Positions 39,188-48,375 of a stretch of DNA of 64,000 nt are shown in pieces. The notes under the pieces are model-generated. The model did no database searches and was not told the DNA's origin. It saw only the letters and a list, made by a program, of their open reading frames with translations. Within the stretch, counting starts at the first letter, position 1, and each line of letters starts with the position of its first letter. Origin of the DNA: an uncultured Planctomycetota bacterium (GTDB lineage: Bacteria; Planctomycetota; Planctomycetia; Isosphaerales; Isosphaeraceae); contig CAVTTN010000002.1 in the NCBI GenBank assembly GCA_963737655.1, positions 4,512,001 through 4,576,000 of the forward strand. The letters are read 5' to 3'. Made by a program: the position numbers and the translations under genes.

Positions 39188-42100
39188 TTGGCTTCGGGCT
39201 TCGCCTCCTCGGTCGCGCCGGGGATCGGCACTTTGAGCTTCTTGAGGTAGTCTTCCAGGAGGGGACGCAGGGGGAGCTTCGGGTCCACTTCCAGGGCCTT
39301 GACGAAGTTCTTGCCGGCCTCCACCGGCTGGCCCGATTCGAGGAGGCAGAGGCCCAGCTCGGCGAGCCATTCGGCCTCGGTCTCGACCAGTCCCGACTGG
39401 CCCGGCAGGCCCGAGACTTCCAGGATCTCCCGGATCGCCGGGGCCTCCTGGCCCACCATCACCTGGCGGCCGGCGGTGAGCACCTGGCTGGCGATCGTGT
39501 ACCGGATCGCGGGGATCGCCTGGTCCCTCATCAGGGCCACGGCATCGCCGTAATAGCCCAGGAGGATCTCCACCTCGGCGATCCGGTAGGCCGCCGTCCC
39601 CGGCCCGTTGGACAGCGCCGGGTCGTTGACCTGGCGGCCGATCAGCCGCTCGTTGGCCTTGTCCGGCTGGCCGGTCCGGAGGTACAGGTCGATCAGGCTG
39701 CCCAGGACGGCGTCGGCATTGACCCCCTGGCCCTCGGCGTCCTCCAGCTCGGTCAGGGCGATCCCGGGGAACCCGGCGGACAGGGCGCGTTGGGCCCGTT
39801 GGATCGGGTCGATGTTGGTCTCGGCGCTGGCGGCCTCCATGTCGCTCTTGAACCGGCCGATGCCCTCGTCCAGCGCCTCGATCCTCTGGAGTTCCTCGCG
39901 GGGGAATTCGGCGGCGCCGACGAGGTCTCGGGCGCTGACCAGCGCGTTGCGTTCCAGGTCGGCCCCGCCGTCGGCCCGGTACAGGAGGGCCAGCCGGTAG
40001 TACTTGTCCGCCAGGACCTTGCGCTCGTCACTGTTCCTCGGCGGCGGGTTGGTCTGGATCGAGAAATTCAGGGCCGCGGCCCTCTGCCGCTGGCGAAAGG
40101 CCATGAACTCCGCCGGCCGACGGGTCGCCTTGTTGGAGAGGACCAGCGCCTCATCCTGGAGGAGGAAGTCATAGGCCCGATCCAGGACGTAATAGGCGTC
40201 GGACTCGTCCGGGTTGAAATGCAGGGCGGTCCTCGCCTCGCGGATGGCCATGTAGCAGTGGGCCGCGTCGGGCCTCACGCCCACCCCCGGCCCGATCCCG
40301 TTGGCCAGCCACCGATAGGCCGCCGAGAGGTGCGGCTGAGGCGGCGCCAACGACCTCGTGCGGATGATCCGGTCGATGAACGTCGAGGCCGAGGGGGTCC
40401 GGTCGGGCACCTTGAGCAACTGCGTCTTCTTGTACACCAGGTCGGCCGCGTCCAGCCGGTTCTCCCGGAAGAACGCGAGGTCCTCGGGCTTCGCGTCGGC
40501 CCGGCCGAACAGGACGGTCCGGCCGTCGTCCCTCAGCGCGATCCAGTTCGTGCTGGTCCTCATCGCCTCGTAGATCGGGCCGTTCTCACGGGGCGAGAAC
40601 AGGACGACGGTGGCTTCGTATTTGTCCAGGATCGGCCGCCATTGTTCGGGCTTCTCGACCATCCTCCGCGCGGTCGGGTCGCTGAGGTCCTCGACGAAGG
40701 CCGAGCGGAACTGGTCCAGGTCGTGGCGGACCCCGTCATCGGGCAGCCCCCGACGCCGGTCCACGAACGTCTTGCGGATCGGGTAGGCCCGCCAGATCAT
40801 GGCGTCGCCCTGCTGCTCGCCCAGGTTGAAGACCCGGCCCTTGAACCCGGCGGTCCTCAGGTAGTCGGCCGCCTCGAAGTCGAACGCCGAGGGGTCCGCG
40901 CCGAAGCCGAACGTCGAGCGGTTCGTGCCGGCCTCGTAGCCGAACCCGGTCAGGGCCCGCGACATCGTCAGGAACAGGAAGAGGATCGTGATCGCCCGGC
41001 CGCCGACGGACCAGGCCGTCCACCCCGAGGACGTCCGACCCTGAACCCCGTAATGATCCTGATACCACTCCTGGCCGTTCCGCCCGACGGAATAGGCGAA
41101 GATCACGGCGAACTCGCCGGTCAACCGGGCCAGGCCGCCCCAGGCCAGCGCCGCCACCAGATACGCGGCCAGCCGGGCCGGAGACAACCTCCGACGATTC
41201 AAGACAAAACTGGCCAACCCGATCGCCACGATCACCAGGTAATACCACAATCGGAGCCAGGGGGCGTTCAGGTCGCCGCCGCTGGCGAACAGCGAGAAGC
41301 TTTTCTTGCCAAAAAAGGCGACCTGATCGGGGGCCATCGATCCCGAATCGCTGCCGAAGACGACCGAGAACATGGTCACGAAGGGGGAGGCCCCCGCCCC
41401 GTAGATCCTCCAGAGGGACGGATTGAGGATCGGGGCGACCCACGACGCGGCGATCACCCCCAGGACCACCCCCGGAGACGGCGCCGGATCGTCCCTGGCC
41501 CGACTGCGGGGGATCAACGACGCGCCCAGGGCCGCCGTCGTCACCAGCAGGCCGAAGAAGAACGAATCGTCGAGGTTCGCCCAGAGGAGGAACAGCGCGG
41601 GCAAGGCATAAAGCGCCTTGTTTCGGCCCTCCTCGGCGCCTCGGGCGATCAGCAGGGCCATCCCGGCGAGCAGGAGGATGCCGAAGCTCTCGGGCCCGAC
41701 CTGGGTCTGTCGGGCGATCCCGCCCAGGGCCAGCTCCAGTTGCTCGCCCATCCGGTCCGAGTAGAACGGCCCGATCACCCCGCCCATCGCGACGGCCAGG
41801 ACCACGACCCACCACCAGAGCCCCGGCCCTCGCCGCCTGAGGCCCAGCAGCAGGACCGCCGTGGCGACCCGGACGATCGCGTTGATGGCCACGAGCAGGC
41901 CGGCGCCGATCGCCGAGATCGCCACGTTCGGTTCCGTCGGGAACGCGCCGTAGACCAGGCTCGCCCCCACCTCGTACAGCCACGGGACGTTCACCCAGGG
42001 CTGGCCCGCCCGCGAGTACGAGAACGGGTCGGTCGTCGTGGCCAACGGGCCCTTCTTGAGGATCAGCTCGCCGGCCTTGAGCTGGGGCCAGAGCTGCGAG

Positions 42101-42318
42101 GCGCCGATCCGGTGGGCCGAGACCAGGAAGACCAGGAGCAATAATCCGCCGACGAGGTAGCGATCGTAATAGAGGTTCCACGCCACGGCCCGTTCCGGGG
42201 TCCAGGGCTCGGGCGGGGGCGTCGGCGGAGGGGTTTCGGCCCCGGGTGCCCCGTCGCTCGGCGCGGAGAGGGCTTCGGCCGAGGTCGAGGCCGGCGAGGA
42301 CGAATCGGGAGTGGCCAT
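39175..42318 (-). CDS. Polytopic membrane protein (GT-C-like N-terminus) with TPR-like C-terminus
   Basis: W..L.AG..I......DPFSY...G.PW....WL motif, LWANL, many TM helices, terminal TPR-like helices. Confidence 0.75.
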   Translation of the reverse strand: MATPDSSSPASTSAEALSAPSDGAPGAETPPPTPPPEPWTPERAVAWNLYYDRYLVGGLLLLVFLVSAHRIGASQLWPQLKAGELILKKGPLATTTDPFSYSRAGQPWVNVPWLYEVGASLVYGAFPTEPNVAISAIGAGLLVAINAIVRVATAVLLLGLRRRGPGLWWWVVVLAVAMGGVIGPFYSDRMGEQLELALGGIARQTQVGPESFGILLLAGMALLIARGAEEGRNKALYALPALFLLWANLDDSFFFGLLVTTAALGASLIPRSRARDDPAPSPGVVLGVIAASWVAPILNPSLWRIYGAGASPFVTMFSVVFGSDSGSMAPDQVAFFGKKSFSLFASGGDLNAPWLRLWYYLVIVAIGLASFVLNRRRLSPARLAAYLVAALAWGGLARLTGEFAVIFAYSVGRNGQEWYQDHYGVQGRTSSGWTAWSVGGRAITILFLFLTMSRALTGFGYEAGTNRSTFGFGADPSAFDFEAADYLRTAGFKGRVFNLGEQQGDAMIWRAYPIRKTFVDRRRGLPDDGVRHDLDQFRSAFVEDLSDPTARRMVEKPEQWRPILDKYEATVVLFSPRENGPIYEAMRTSTNWIALRDDGRTVLFGRADAKPEDLAFFRENRLDAADLVYKKTQLLKVPDRTPSASTFIDRIIRTRSLAPPQPHLSAAYRWLANGIGPGVGVRPDAAHCYMAIREARTALHFNPDESDAYYVLDRAYDFLLQDEALVLSNKATRRPAEFMAFRQRQRAAALNFSIQTNPPPRNSDERKVLADKYYRLALLYRADGGADLERNALVSARDLVGAAEFPREELQRIEALDEGIGRFKSDMEAASAETNIDPIQRAQRALSAGFPGIALTELEDAEGQGVNADAVLGSLIDLYLRTGQPDKANERLIGRQVNDPALSNGPGTAAYRIAEVEILLGYYGDAVALMRDQAIPAIRYTIASQVLTAGRQVMVGQEAPAIREILEVSGLPGQSGLVETEAEWLAELGLCLLESGQPVEAGKNFVKALEVDPKLPLRPLLEDYLKKLKVPIPGATEEAKPEAKSGA

Positions 42319-42527
42319 CGTGGGAAGATCGCGAAGGGATGCCATCGGCGGCAAACGCCCGACGGCCGAGACGAATGAGGACGAAGCCCCATGCTAGAAC
42401 CCCAGAGTCCCCACGGTCAAGGGCCCGGGAGGCGGCGGCCGCGATCGGCACGGGGTTCGCACCCCATCGGGCGTCCCCGAGGGACTCCGTCTCCGCCCTG
42501 CGCCCTCGGATCGGGGAGACTCCTGGG

Positions 42528-43535
42528 ATGAAGACGACTGAGAAGCTGGCCCTGGGCCTGCTCGCCGGGGCCGGCGCCCTGTGGGGCACGCGGGCCTTCC
42601 TCCGGCATCGCCGATGGATGGACCTTTCCGGCCGGGTGGTCGTGATCACCGGGGCCGACGGCGGATTCGGCCTGATCCTGGCCCGCCAGGTCGCCCAGGC
42701 CGGCGCCGTCGTGGTCCTGGCCGCCCGCAATGCCGAGGCGCTCGAGACGGCCGCCGCCGACCTGCGATCCCACGGGGCCCAGGACGCCCTGGCCGTCCCC
42801 ACCGACGTCTCCGACGAGGACCAGGCCCGCCGCCTGATCCTCACCGCCGCCGAGCGGTTCGGACGGATCGACGTCCTCCTCAACAACGCCGGATTGATGC
42901 TCGTCGGGGCCGTCCCCACCCTGACCATCGAGGACTTCCGCTCGATCCTGAACACGAATTTCTGGGGCACCGTGAATCCGACGATGGCCGCGCTCCCGAT
43001 CATGAGGGAGCAGCAATTCGGGCGGATCGCCAACGTGGTCTCGGTCGGCGGCCGGTTCGTGATCCCCCACATGGCGCCTTACATCGCCAGCAAGTTCGCC
43101 CTGACCGGCTTCACCCGGGCGATCCGGGCCGAGGCCTCGCGGGACAACGTCCTCGTGACCGGCATCTACCCCGCCACGATCCGCACCGGAGGGCACACGC
43201 ACGCCTGGTTCAAGGGGGACACCCAGGGCGAGTACCGGTGGTTCGCCCTGGCCGACACCCTGCCCGGCCTGTCCACGTCGGCCGAAGCGGCGGCGACGCA
43301 GGCGATCCGGGCGATCCAGGGAGGCGATCCCGAGGTCATCATCGGCCTCGCGGCCAGGCTGAACGTCGCCTTCGACGGCCTCTTCCCCGACTGGAGCGCC
43401 GAACTCATGGCCCTCCTCGAACGAGCCATGCCCGCCCCGGCGGATCTCGACGCCCCGGCCGTGCAGGGCCGGGAAATCCGCGGCGAGATTGCCGATTTCG
43501 TCAACCGGCTGGTCCCCTCGGCCGCGAGGCCCTGA
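42528..43535 (+). CDS. SDR-family oxidoreductase
   Basis: ITGADGGFG, NNAG, NFWG, YIASKFA. Confidence 0.9.
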   Translation: MKTTEKLALGLLAGAGALWGTRAFLRHRRWMDLSGRVVVITGADGGFGLILARQVAQAGAVVVLAARNAEALETAAADLRSHGAQDALAVPTDVSDEDQARRLILTAAERFGRIDVLLNNAGLMLVGAVPTLTIEDFRSILNTNFWGTVNPTMAALPIMREQQFGRIANVVSVGGRFVIPHMAPYIASKFALTGFTRAIRAEASRDNVLVTGIYPATIRTGGHTHAWFKGDTQGEYRWFALADTLPGLSTSAEAAATQAIRAIQGGDPEVIIGLAARLNVAFDGLFPDWSAELMALLERAMPAPADLDAPAVQGREIRGEIADFVNRLVPSAARP

Positions 43536-43637
43536 CCTCTCGGGGAGGGTGCCGCTCCTGCGCTCTCCCTTTCGTCCCCCGGGCCGTTAGAATGGGGCCG
43601 TCGCGCCCGCCCCATTCCCCGACGGCAGCCCACACCG

Positions 43638-44621
43638 ATGCCCACCGTCCTGATCGGCTCCGGCCCGATTCGCAATGAGCCCGGCACGTTCCGAACGCTC
43701 CTCGAAGCGGCCGGGTTCACCACGATCGACCCGCCCGGCCACGGCCCGTTGACCCAGGAGCAATTGCTGGCCGACCTGCCGAAGGCCGATGCCATCCTCG
43801 CCGGGGGGGAGCCGTTGCGGGCCTCGGTGATCGAAGCGAGCCCGAACCTCCGCGCCATCGCCCGGACCGGCGTGGGCTACGAGGCCGTGGACCTGGCCGC
43901 CGCCAACGCCCGGAAGATCGCCGTGGCCATCACCCCGGGGACCAACCAGGAGAGCGTGGCCGAGCACGCGTTCGCCCTCCTGCTCGCCCTGACCCGCCGG
44001 ATCGCCCTGAATGACCGGATCATCCGCGACGGCGGATGGGACCGGACGATCGTCGAGCCGATCCGGGGCAAGACGCTGGGACTCGTCGGCCTCGGCCGGA
44101 TCGGCCGGGCGATGGTCCCCCGGGCCCGGGCCTTCGGCCTCGACGTGATCTCGTACGAGCCGGTCGCCGACGACACCTATGATGCCCAGTGGGGAATCCG
44201 CCGGATGCCCCTGCCCGACCTCCTGGCCGAAGCGGACATCGTCAGCCTCCATCTCCCCCTGACCGACCCGACCCGCGGCCTCTTCCACCGCGAAATCTTC
44301 GCCAGGATGAAGCGCGGCGCCCTGTTCCTCAACACCGCCCGGGGCGGGCTGGTGATCGAGGACGACCTGTACGAGGCCCTGGTCTCGGGCCACCTCGCCG
44401 GGGCCGGCCTCGACGTCTTCGACCCCGAGCCGCCGTCGGCCGGAAACCCTTTGCTGCAACTGCCCAACGTCGTCTCCAGCCCCCACATGGGCGGGATCGA
44501 CTCGAAGGCCATGGACGACATGGCCACCCTGGCCGCCCAGGTCGTCATCGACCTCCACCAGGGCCGATGGCCCGCCGAATGCCTCGTCAATCCGGAGATC
44601 GGGCCGGGCTGGCGATGGTAA
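43638..44621 (+). CDS. Phosphoglycerate-dehydrogenase-family protein
   Basis: ARTGVGY, GLGRIG, NTARGG, GAGLDVF..EP, SPHMGG. Confidence 0.9.
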   Translation: MPTVLIGSGPIRNEPGTFRTLLEAAGFTTIDPPGHGPLTQEQLLADLPKADAILAGGEPLRASVIEASPNLRAIARTGVGYEAVDLAAANARKIAVAITPGTNQESVAEHAFALLLALTRRIALNDRIIRDGGWDRTIVEPIRGKTLGLVGLGRIGRAMVPRARAFGLDVISYEPVADDTYDAQWGIRRMPLPDLLAEADIVSLHLPLTDPTRGLFHREIFARMKRGALFLNTARGGLVIEDDLYEALVSGHLAGAGLDVFDPEPPSAGNPLLQLPNVVSSPHMGGIDSKAMDDMATLAAQVVIDLHQGRWPAECLVNPEIGPGWRW

Positions 44622-44623
44622 GA

Positions 44624-44679
44624 AAAAATGGTGTCCGGTCAGATCTTCGATCCCGAAGATCTGACCGGACACCATTTTT
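44624..44679. terminator. Perfect 26-bp palindrome, likely bidirectional terminator (GGTGTC-type repeat)
   Basis: AAAAATGGTGTCCGGTCAGATCTTCG-ATCC-CGAAGATCTGACCGGACACCATTTTT between convergent genes. Confidence 0.75.
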
Positions 44680-44703
44680 CATTTCGTCCCGTCCCGGCCT
44701 TTT

Positions 44704-45033
44704 TCAGACCTGGAACGAGCTCCCGCAGCCGCAGCTCTTGACGACGTTCGGGTTGTTGAAGACGAACCCGCGCTTTTCCAGGCCGTCGTAGAAGTCGACG
44801 ACGGTGCCGTCGAGGTACGGGTCGAACTTCTTCTCCACGGCCATGCGGATGCCGTGGAATTCCTGGACGCGGTCCTTCTCGGTCGTCTGGGTGTCGAAGT
44901 TCAGGCTATAGGAGAAGCCCGAGCAGCCTCCGCCCTGGACGCCGACCCTCAGGACGGTGCCCTCGGGCAGGTTCTGGTCGGTGATGATCTTCTTGACCTC
45001 GGCGGCGGCCTTCTCGCTCAGGGTCACGGGCAT
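44704..45033 (-). CDS. iscA: Fe-S cluster assembly protein, IscA/HesB family
   Basis: GGGCSGFSY and F.F.NPN...SCGCGSSF. Confidence 0.93.
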   Translation of the reverse strand: MPVTLSEKAAAEVKKIITDQNLPEGTVLRVGVQGGGCSGFSYSLNFDTQTTEKDRVQEFHGIRMAVEKKFDPYLDGTVVDFYDGLEKRGFVFNNPNVVKSCGCGSSFQV

Positions 45034-45119
45034 GGATCGCCTCCTTGGGAGGTGCAGTCGTGAGGACGGCTCAGCTCAGCTCGGCGCGGGGTGAAGGACC
45101 GCGCGGATACAGTGGTATC

Positions 45120-46319
45120 CTACACCGGCCCCGGGACCTCTTCAAGACGCCCGGACCACGCATCGCTATGGACCCGCAGACGGCCCACCGCCTCGGCCAC
45201 GGCGCCGACGGCGAAATCGACCTCGTCCTCGGTCGTATACCGCCCCAGGCCGAACCGGAGGCTGGCTCGGGCGAGGTCCTCGTCGAGCCCGATCGCCATC
45301 AGCACGTGGCTCGGTTCGGGATTGGCCGAAGTGCAGGCCGAGCCGGAGCTTACGGCCACGTCGCGCATGGCCATCATCAGCGCCTCGCCGTCCACGAACG
45401 CGAAGCTCAGATTCAGGTTCCCCGGGAGCCTCCGGCTCGGATGGCCGTTCAACCGGATGCCTTCGACCCGTTCGATCAACCCGCGATGGAGCCGCTCGCG
45501 GAGGGCCAGAATCCGGGCGGCCTCGGCCTCCCTCTCGGCCACGGCGATCTCGATGGCCGTGCCCAGGCCGACCACCAGGGGGACGGGCACGGTCCCGCTC
45601 CGCATCCCCCGCTCATGGCCGCCGCCGTCGAGCATCGGGACGATCTTCACGGGCGAGTCCCGACGCCGGACGAACATCGCCCCAACCCCTTTGGGGCCAT
45701 AGATCTTGTGGGCAGTCAGGGCGAGCAGGTCGATCGAATCCTCGGTCACATCCAGCGGCACCTTGCCGACGGCCTGGGTGGCGTCGGTATGGAACAGGAT
45801 GCCCCGATCGCGGCAGAGGCGGCCGATCTCGGCCACCGGGTTGAGCGTGCCGACCTCGTTGTTCGCGGCGATCACCGAGACCAGGACCGTCCGATCGGTC
45901 AGGACCGCCGCGATCACCTCCGCCGAGACGGTCCCGAACTCGTCGGGCCGGACGATCGTGACGTCCCAGCCCTCGCGTCCCAGCCGCTTCATGGAGTCCA
46001 GCACGGACTTGTGCTCGACGGCCGAGGTGACGAGGTGGTTCCCCTTCTTCCTCAGGGCCGGGGTCGCCCCCTTGAGGGCCAGGTTGTTCGCCTCCGAGGC
46101 CCCCGACGTGAACACGATCTCCCGAGGCTCCGCGCCGATCGCCGAGGCGACCTTCGCCCGGGCCTCCTCGACGGCCGCCGAGGCATCCCAGCCGAACCGG
46201 TGCGAGACGCTCGCCGAATTGCCATAAATCGAGGTGAAATACGGCATCATCGCCGAGACGACCCGGGGGTCGGGGCGGGTCGTGGCATGGTTGTCGAGAT
46301 AGATCGGCAAATCAAGCAC
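45120..46319 (-). CDS. iscS: Cysteine desulfurase
   Basis: IYLDNHATT, FTSGASEANN, HTDATQAVGK, HKIYGPKG, RSGT, SSGSACTS. Confidence 0.95.
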   Translation of the reverse strand: MLDLPIYLDNHATTRPDPRVVSAMMPYFTSIYGNSASVSHRFGWDASAAVEEARAKVASAIGAEPREIVFTSGASEANNLALKGATPALRKKGNHLVTSAVEHKSVLDSMKRLGREGWDVTIVRPDEFGTVSAEVIAAVLTDRTVLVSVIAANNEVGTLNPVAEIGRLCRDRGILFHTDATQAVGKVPLDVTEDSIDLLALTAHKIYGPKGVGAMFVRRRDSPVKIVPMLDGGGHERGMRSGTVPVPLVVGLGTAIEIAVAEREAEAARILALRERLHRGLIERVEGIRLNGHPSRRLPGNLNLSFAFVDGEALMMAMRDVAVSSGSACTSANPEPSHVLMAIGLDEDLARASLRFGLGRYTTEDEVDFAVGAVAEAVGRLRVHSDAWSGRLEEVPGPV

Positions 46320-46430
46320 GCGAAGGGTCTCCGGCGGAGGGTCGAGGCCGCTCCATCGTAGGCGATCCGGCGACGGAAAGCCAAGGTGGTACTTTCGCCG
46401 TCCCGACACGATGTTCTTCGTGTGCAATGC

Positions 46431-46641
46431 GGGGCATGCTTAGAGCGGTTCTCGGTCGGATTACGCACACGTAGGGCAGGCCTTGGCCTGCCGAGAGTGG
46501 CGAAGACGGCAGGCCAAGGCCTGCCCTACGAAGACCGTCGCGCGCCATTCGTTCGTGGTCCGCTCTAGTCCGCGTAAGCAAGGCTTCGGTTTCGGTCATG
46601 CAAGCGGAAGACATGCTTACGCGGACGTAAGCATGCCACCC
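46431..46641. repeat. Triple-nested repeat: REP B doublet inside a TAGAGCGG-ended MITE inside a GCATGCTTAC palindromic doublet
   Basis: TAGAGCGG 46441 / CCGCTCTA 46560-46567; REP B 46471-46529; intact partner arm ACATGCTTACGCGGACGTAAGCATGCCACCC 46611-46641. Confidence 0.75.
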
Positions 46642-46660
46642 GGGGCGCCCATGACGCGGT

Positions 46661-46912
46661 TCACAGGGTCGGCGTGTGGACACCCAGCGTGAGGGCGTTG
46701 AAGAAGACGACGTGGCCGCATTTCTTGCATTCGAACTGGACCAGGGGGATCATGGCGCCTCGGCGGAGGATCTGCGGGCCGTGGACCTCGGCGGGTGGCA
46801 GGATGTCCTCGATCGCCCAGTCGTCGGACCCGCAGATGTAACACCTCGGGTCGATCTCCTTCGACTCGAAGAACCGCTTGATCGCCTCGAACTGCTCGAT
46901 GGTGGGGAGCAT
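46661..46912 (-). CDS. Small zinc-ribbon protein
   Basis: 83 aa; CYICG and CKKCG..FFNA; GGAGG upstream of ATG. Confidence 0.75.
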   Translation of the reverse strand: MLPTIEQFEAIKRFFESKEIDPRCYICGSDDWAIEDILPPAEVHGPQILRRGAMIPLVQFECKKCGHVVFFNALTLGVHTPTL

Positions 46913-47001
46913 TACCGGCCTCCGTCGGATCGACGTGTGTGCCAGGAAGGCACGCAGATGGCGTGCCGAAGATTCCCCGCCTGGACGGCTCCGGGGCGGG
47001 G

Positions 47002-48228
47002 TCACTTCGCGAAGGGGCGGAGGGCCTGGCGCATGGCTTCGGCGCTGGGGAAGCGGTCGGTTGGCGTCTTTTCCAGGGCCTTGTGGATGAGGGCGGCGAG
47101 GGCGTCGGGGATCTCGGGGCGGTGGGATTGGATCGGGATCGGGGGCTCGGTGAGGATCAGGGGGACTAGCCGATCGGTCCTGCCGTGGAAGTCGAAGATC
47201 TTGGCTCCGGTCAGGAGGTTGTAGAGGGTCGCCCCCAGGGCGTAGAGGTCGGCCGGGGGCTTGGCTTCCCGGAAGTGGGTGATCTGCTCGGGCGGCATGT
47301 AGGCGAGCGTCCCGCCGGCCTGGCCGCTCACGCTCAGGCCGCTGAGGCTGGATTCCTGATACACCCGGGCCAGGCCGAAATCCGCGAGCTTCAGCCGGGT
47401 CTTGCCCTGGACCTTCGTGATCAAGAGGTTCTCGGGCTTGATGTCTCGGTGGACGAATCCCAGGTCGTGGGCGTACTTCAGGGCGTCGAGCGCCTGGCAG
47501 GCCAGCCCGGCCGCGACCTTGATCGGCATCGGCCCTCGGGTCTTCACGAGGTCCGCCGCGTTCTTGCCCTCGACGTATTCCATGACGAAGAAGATCCGCC
47601 CCCGGGCGAAGCCGATCTCCTCGAACCGGACGATGTGGCGGTGGTCGAGCCTCCGGAGGATGCTGGCCTCGCGGAGGAACCGGCTCAGGATGGCGTCGTC
47701 GGCGGCGTGGGCCTGGCGGATCGACTTGAGGGCGACCCTGGAGCCGTCGGATTCGCGGCGGGCGAGGTGGACGACGCCCATCCCGCCCTGCCCGAGCATC
47801 CGTTCGAGGGCGAAGCCCGGGTAGGGCGAAGGCTCGGCCGCGAGGTCCGGGACCGCCAGGGCCGGGCCGAGGACCGTCACCGGCCACTGGGGGGCCGTCT
47901 CGCCTTCGGCGATCCCGGGGTCCTCCTCCGGCTCCAGGGCGAAGTTCAGGACCGTGTTGCCGGCGCGGATCTGGTCGCCGTGGGCGAGGTCGGCCGAGTG
48001 GACCTTCCTGCCGTTGACCCGGACCCCATTGGTGCTGGCCATGTCCATCAGCCGGCACAGGGGCGGGTTGACCTCGACGAGGAAATGGACCCTCGACAGG
48101 GCCGGGTCCTTCAAGGGGAGGCGGAACTGCGATTCGGAGGAGCGTCCCACGACGAAGGCGTCGTGGTCGCGGAACTCGAACTCCGCGCCGAGGTGCGGAC
48201 CCTCGACGACCGTTAGCTTCACCTTCAT
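47002..48228 (-). CDS. FHA-domain Ser/Thr protein kinase
   Basis: FHA: VGRS..SRVH..STNG; kinase: GQGGMG, ALK, HRDIKPEN, DFGLA, GTLAYMPPEQ. Confidence 0.93.
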   Translation of the reverse strand: MKVKLTVVEGPHLGAEFEFRDHDAFVVGRSSESQFRLPLKDPALSRVHFLVEVNPPLCRLMDMASTNGVRVNGRKVHSADLAHGDQIRAGNTVLNFALEPEEDPGIAEGETAPQWPVTVLGPALAVPDLAAEPSPYPGFALERMLGQGGMGVVHLARRESDGSRVALKSIRQAHAADDAILSRFLREASILRRLDHRHIVRFEEIGFARGRIFFVMEYVEGKNAADLVKTRGPMPIKVAAGLACQALDALKYAHDLGFVHRDIKPENLLITKVQGKTRLKLADFGLARVYQESSLSGLSVSGQAGGTLAYMPPEQITHFREAKPPADLYALGATLYNLLTGAKIFDFHGRTDRLVPLILTEPPIPIQSHRPEIPDALAALIHKALEKTPTDRFPSAEAMRQALRPFAK

Positions 48229-48375
48229 GGTCCGCTCGCCGCTCCCGGCACCGCCTCGCCGATCTGCCGTCCTCGCCGAGGTTCCATCCAGGATGGTCGG
48301 GCCTCGGGGCGATCGCAAGGCCCTCCCGATCGCATCGCCCGGGGGGGTGGGGATGCGATCGGGGGCCGTCCCGGC

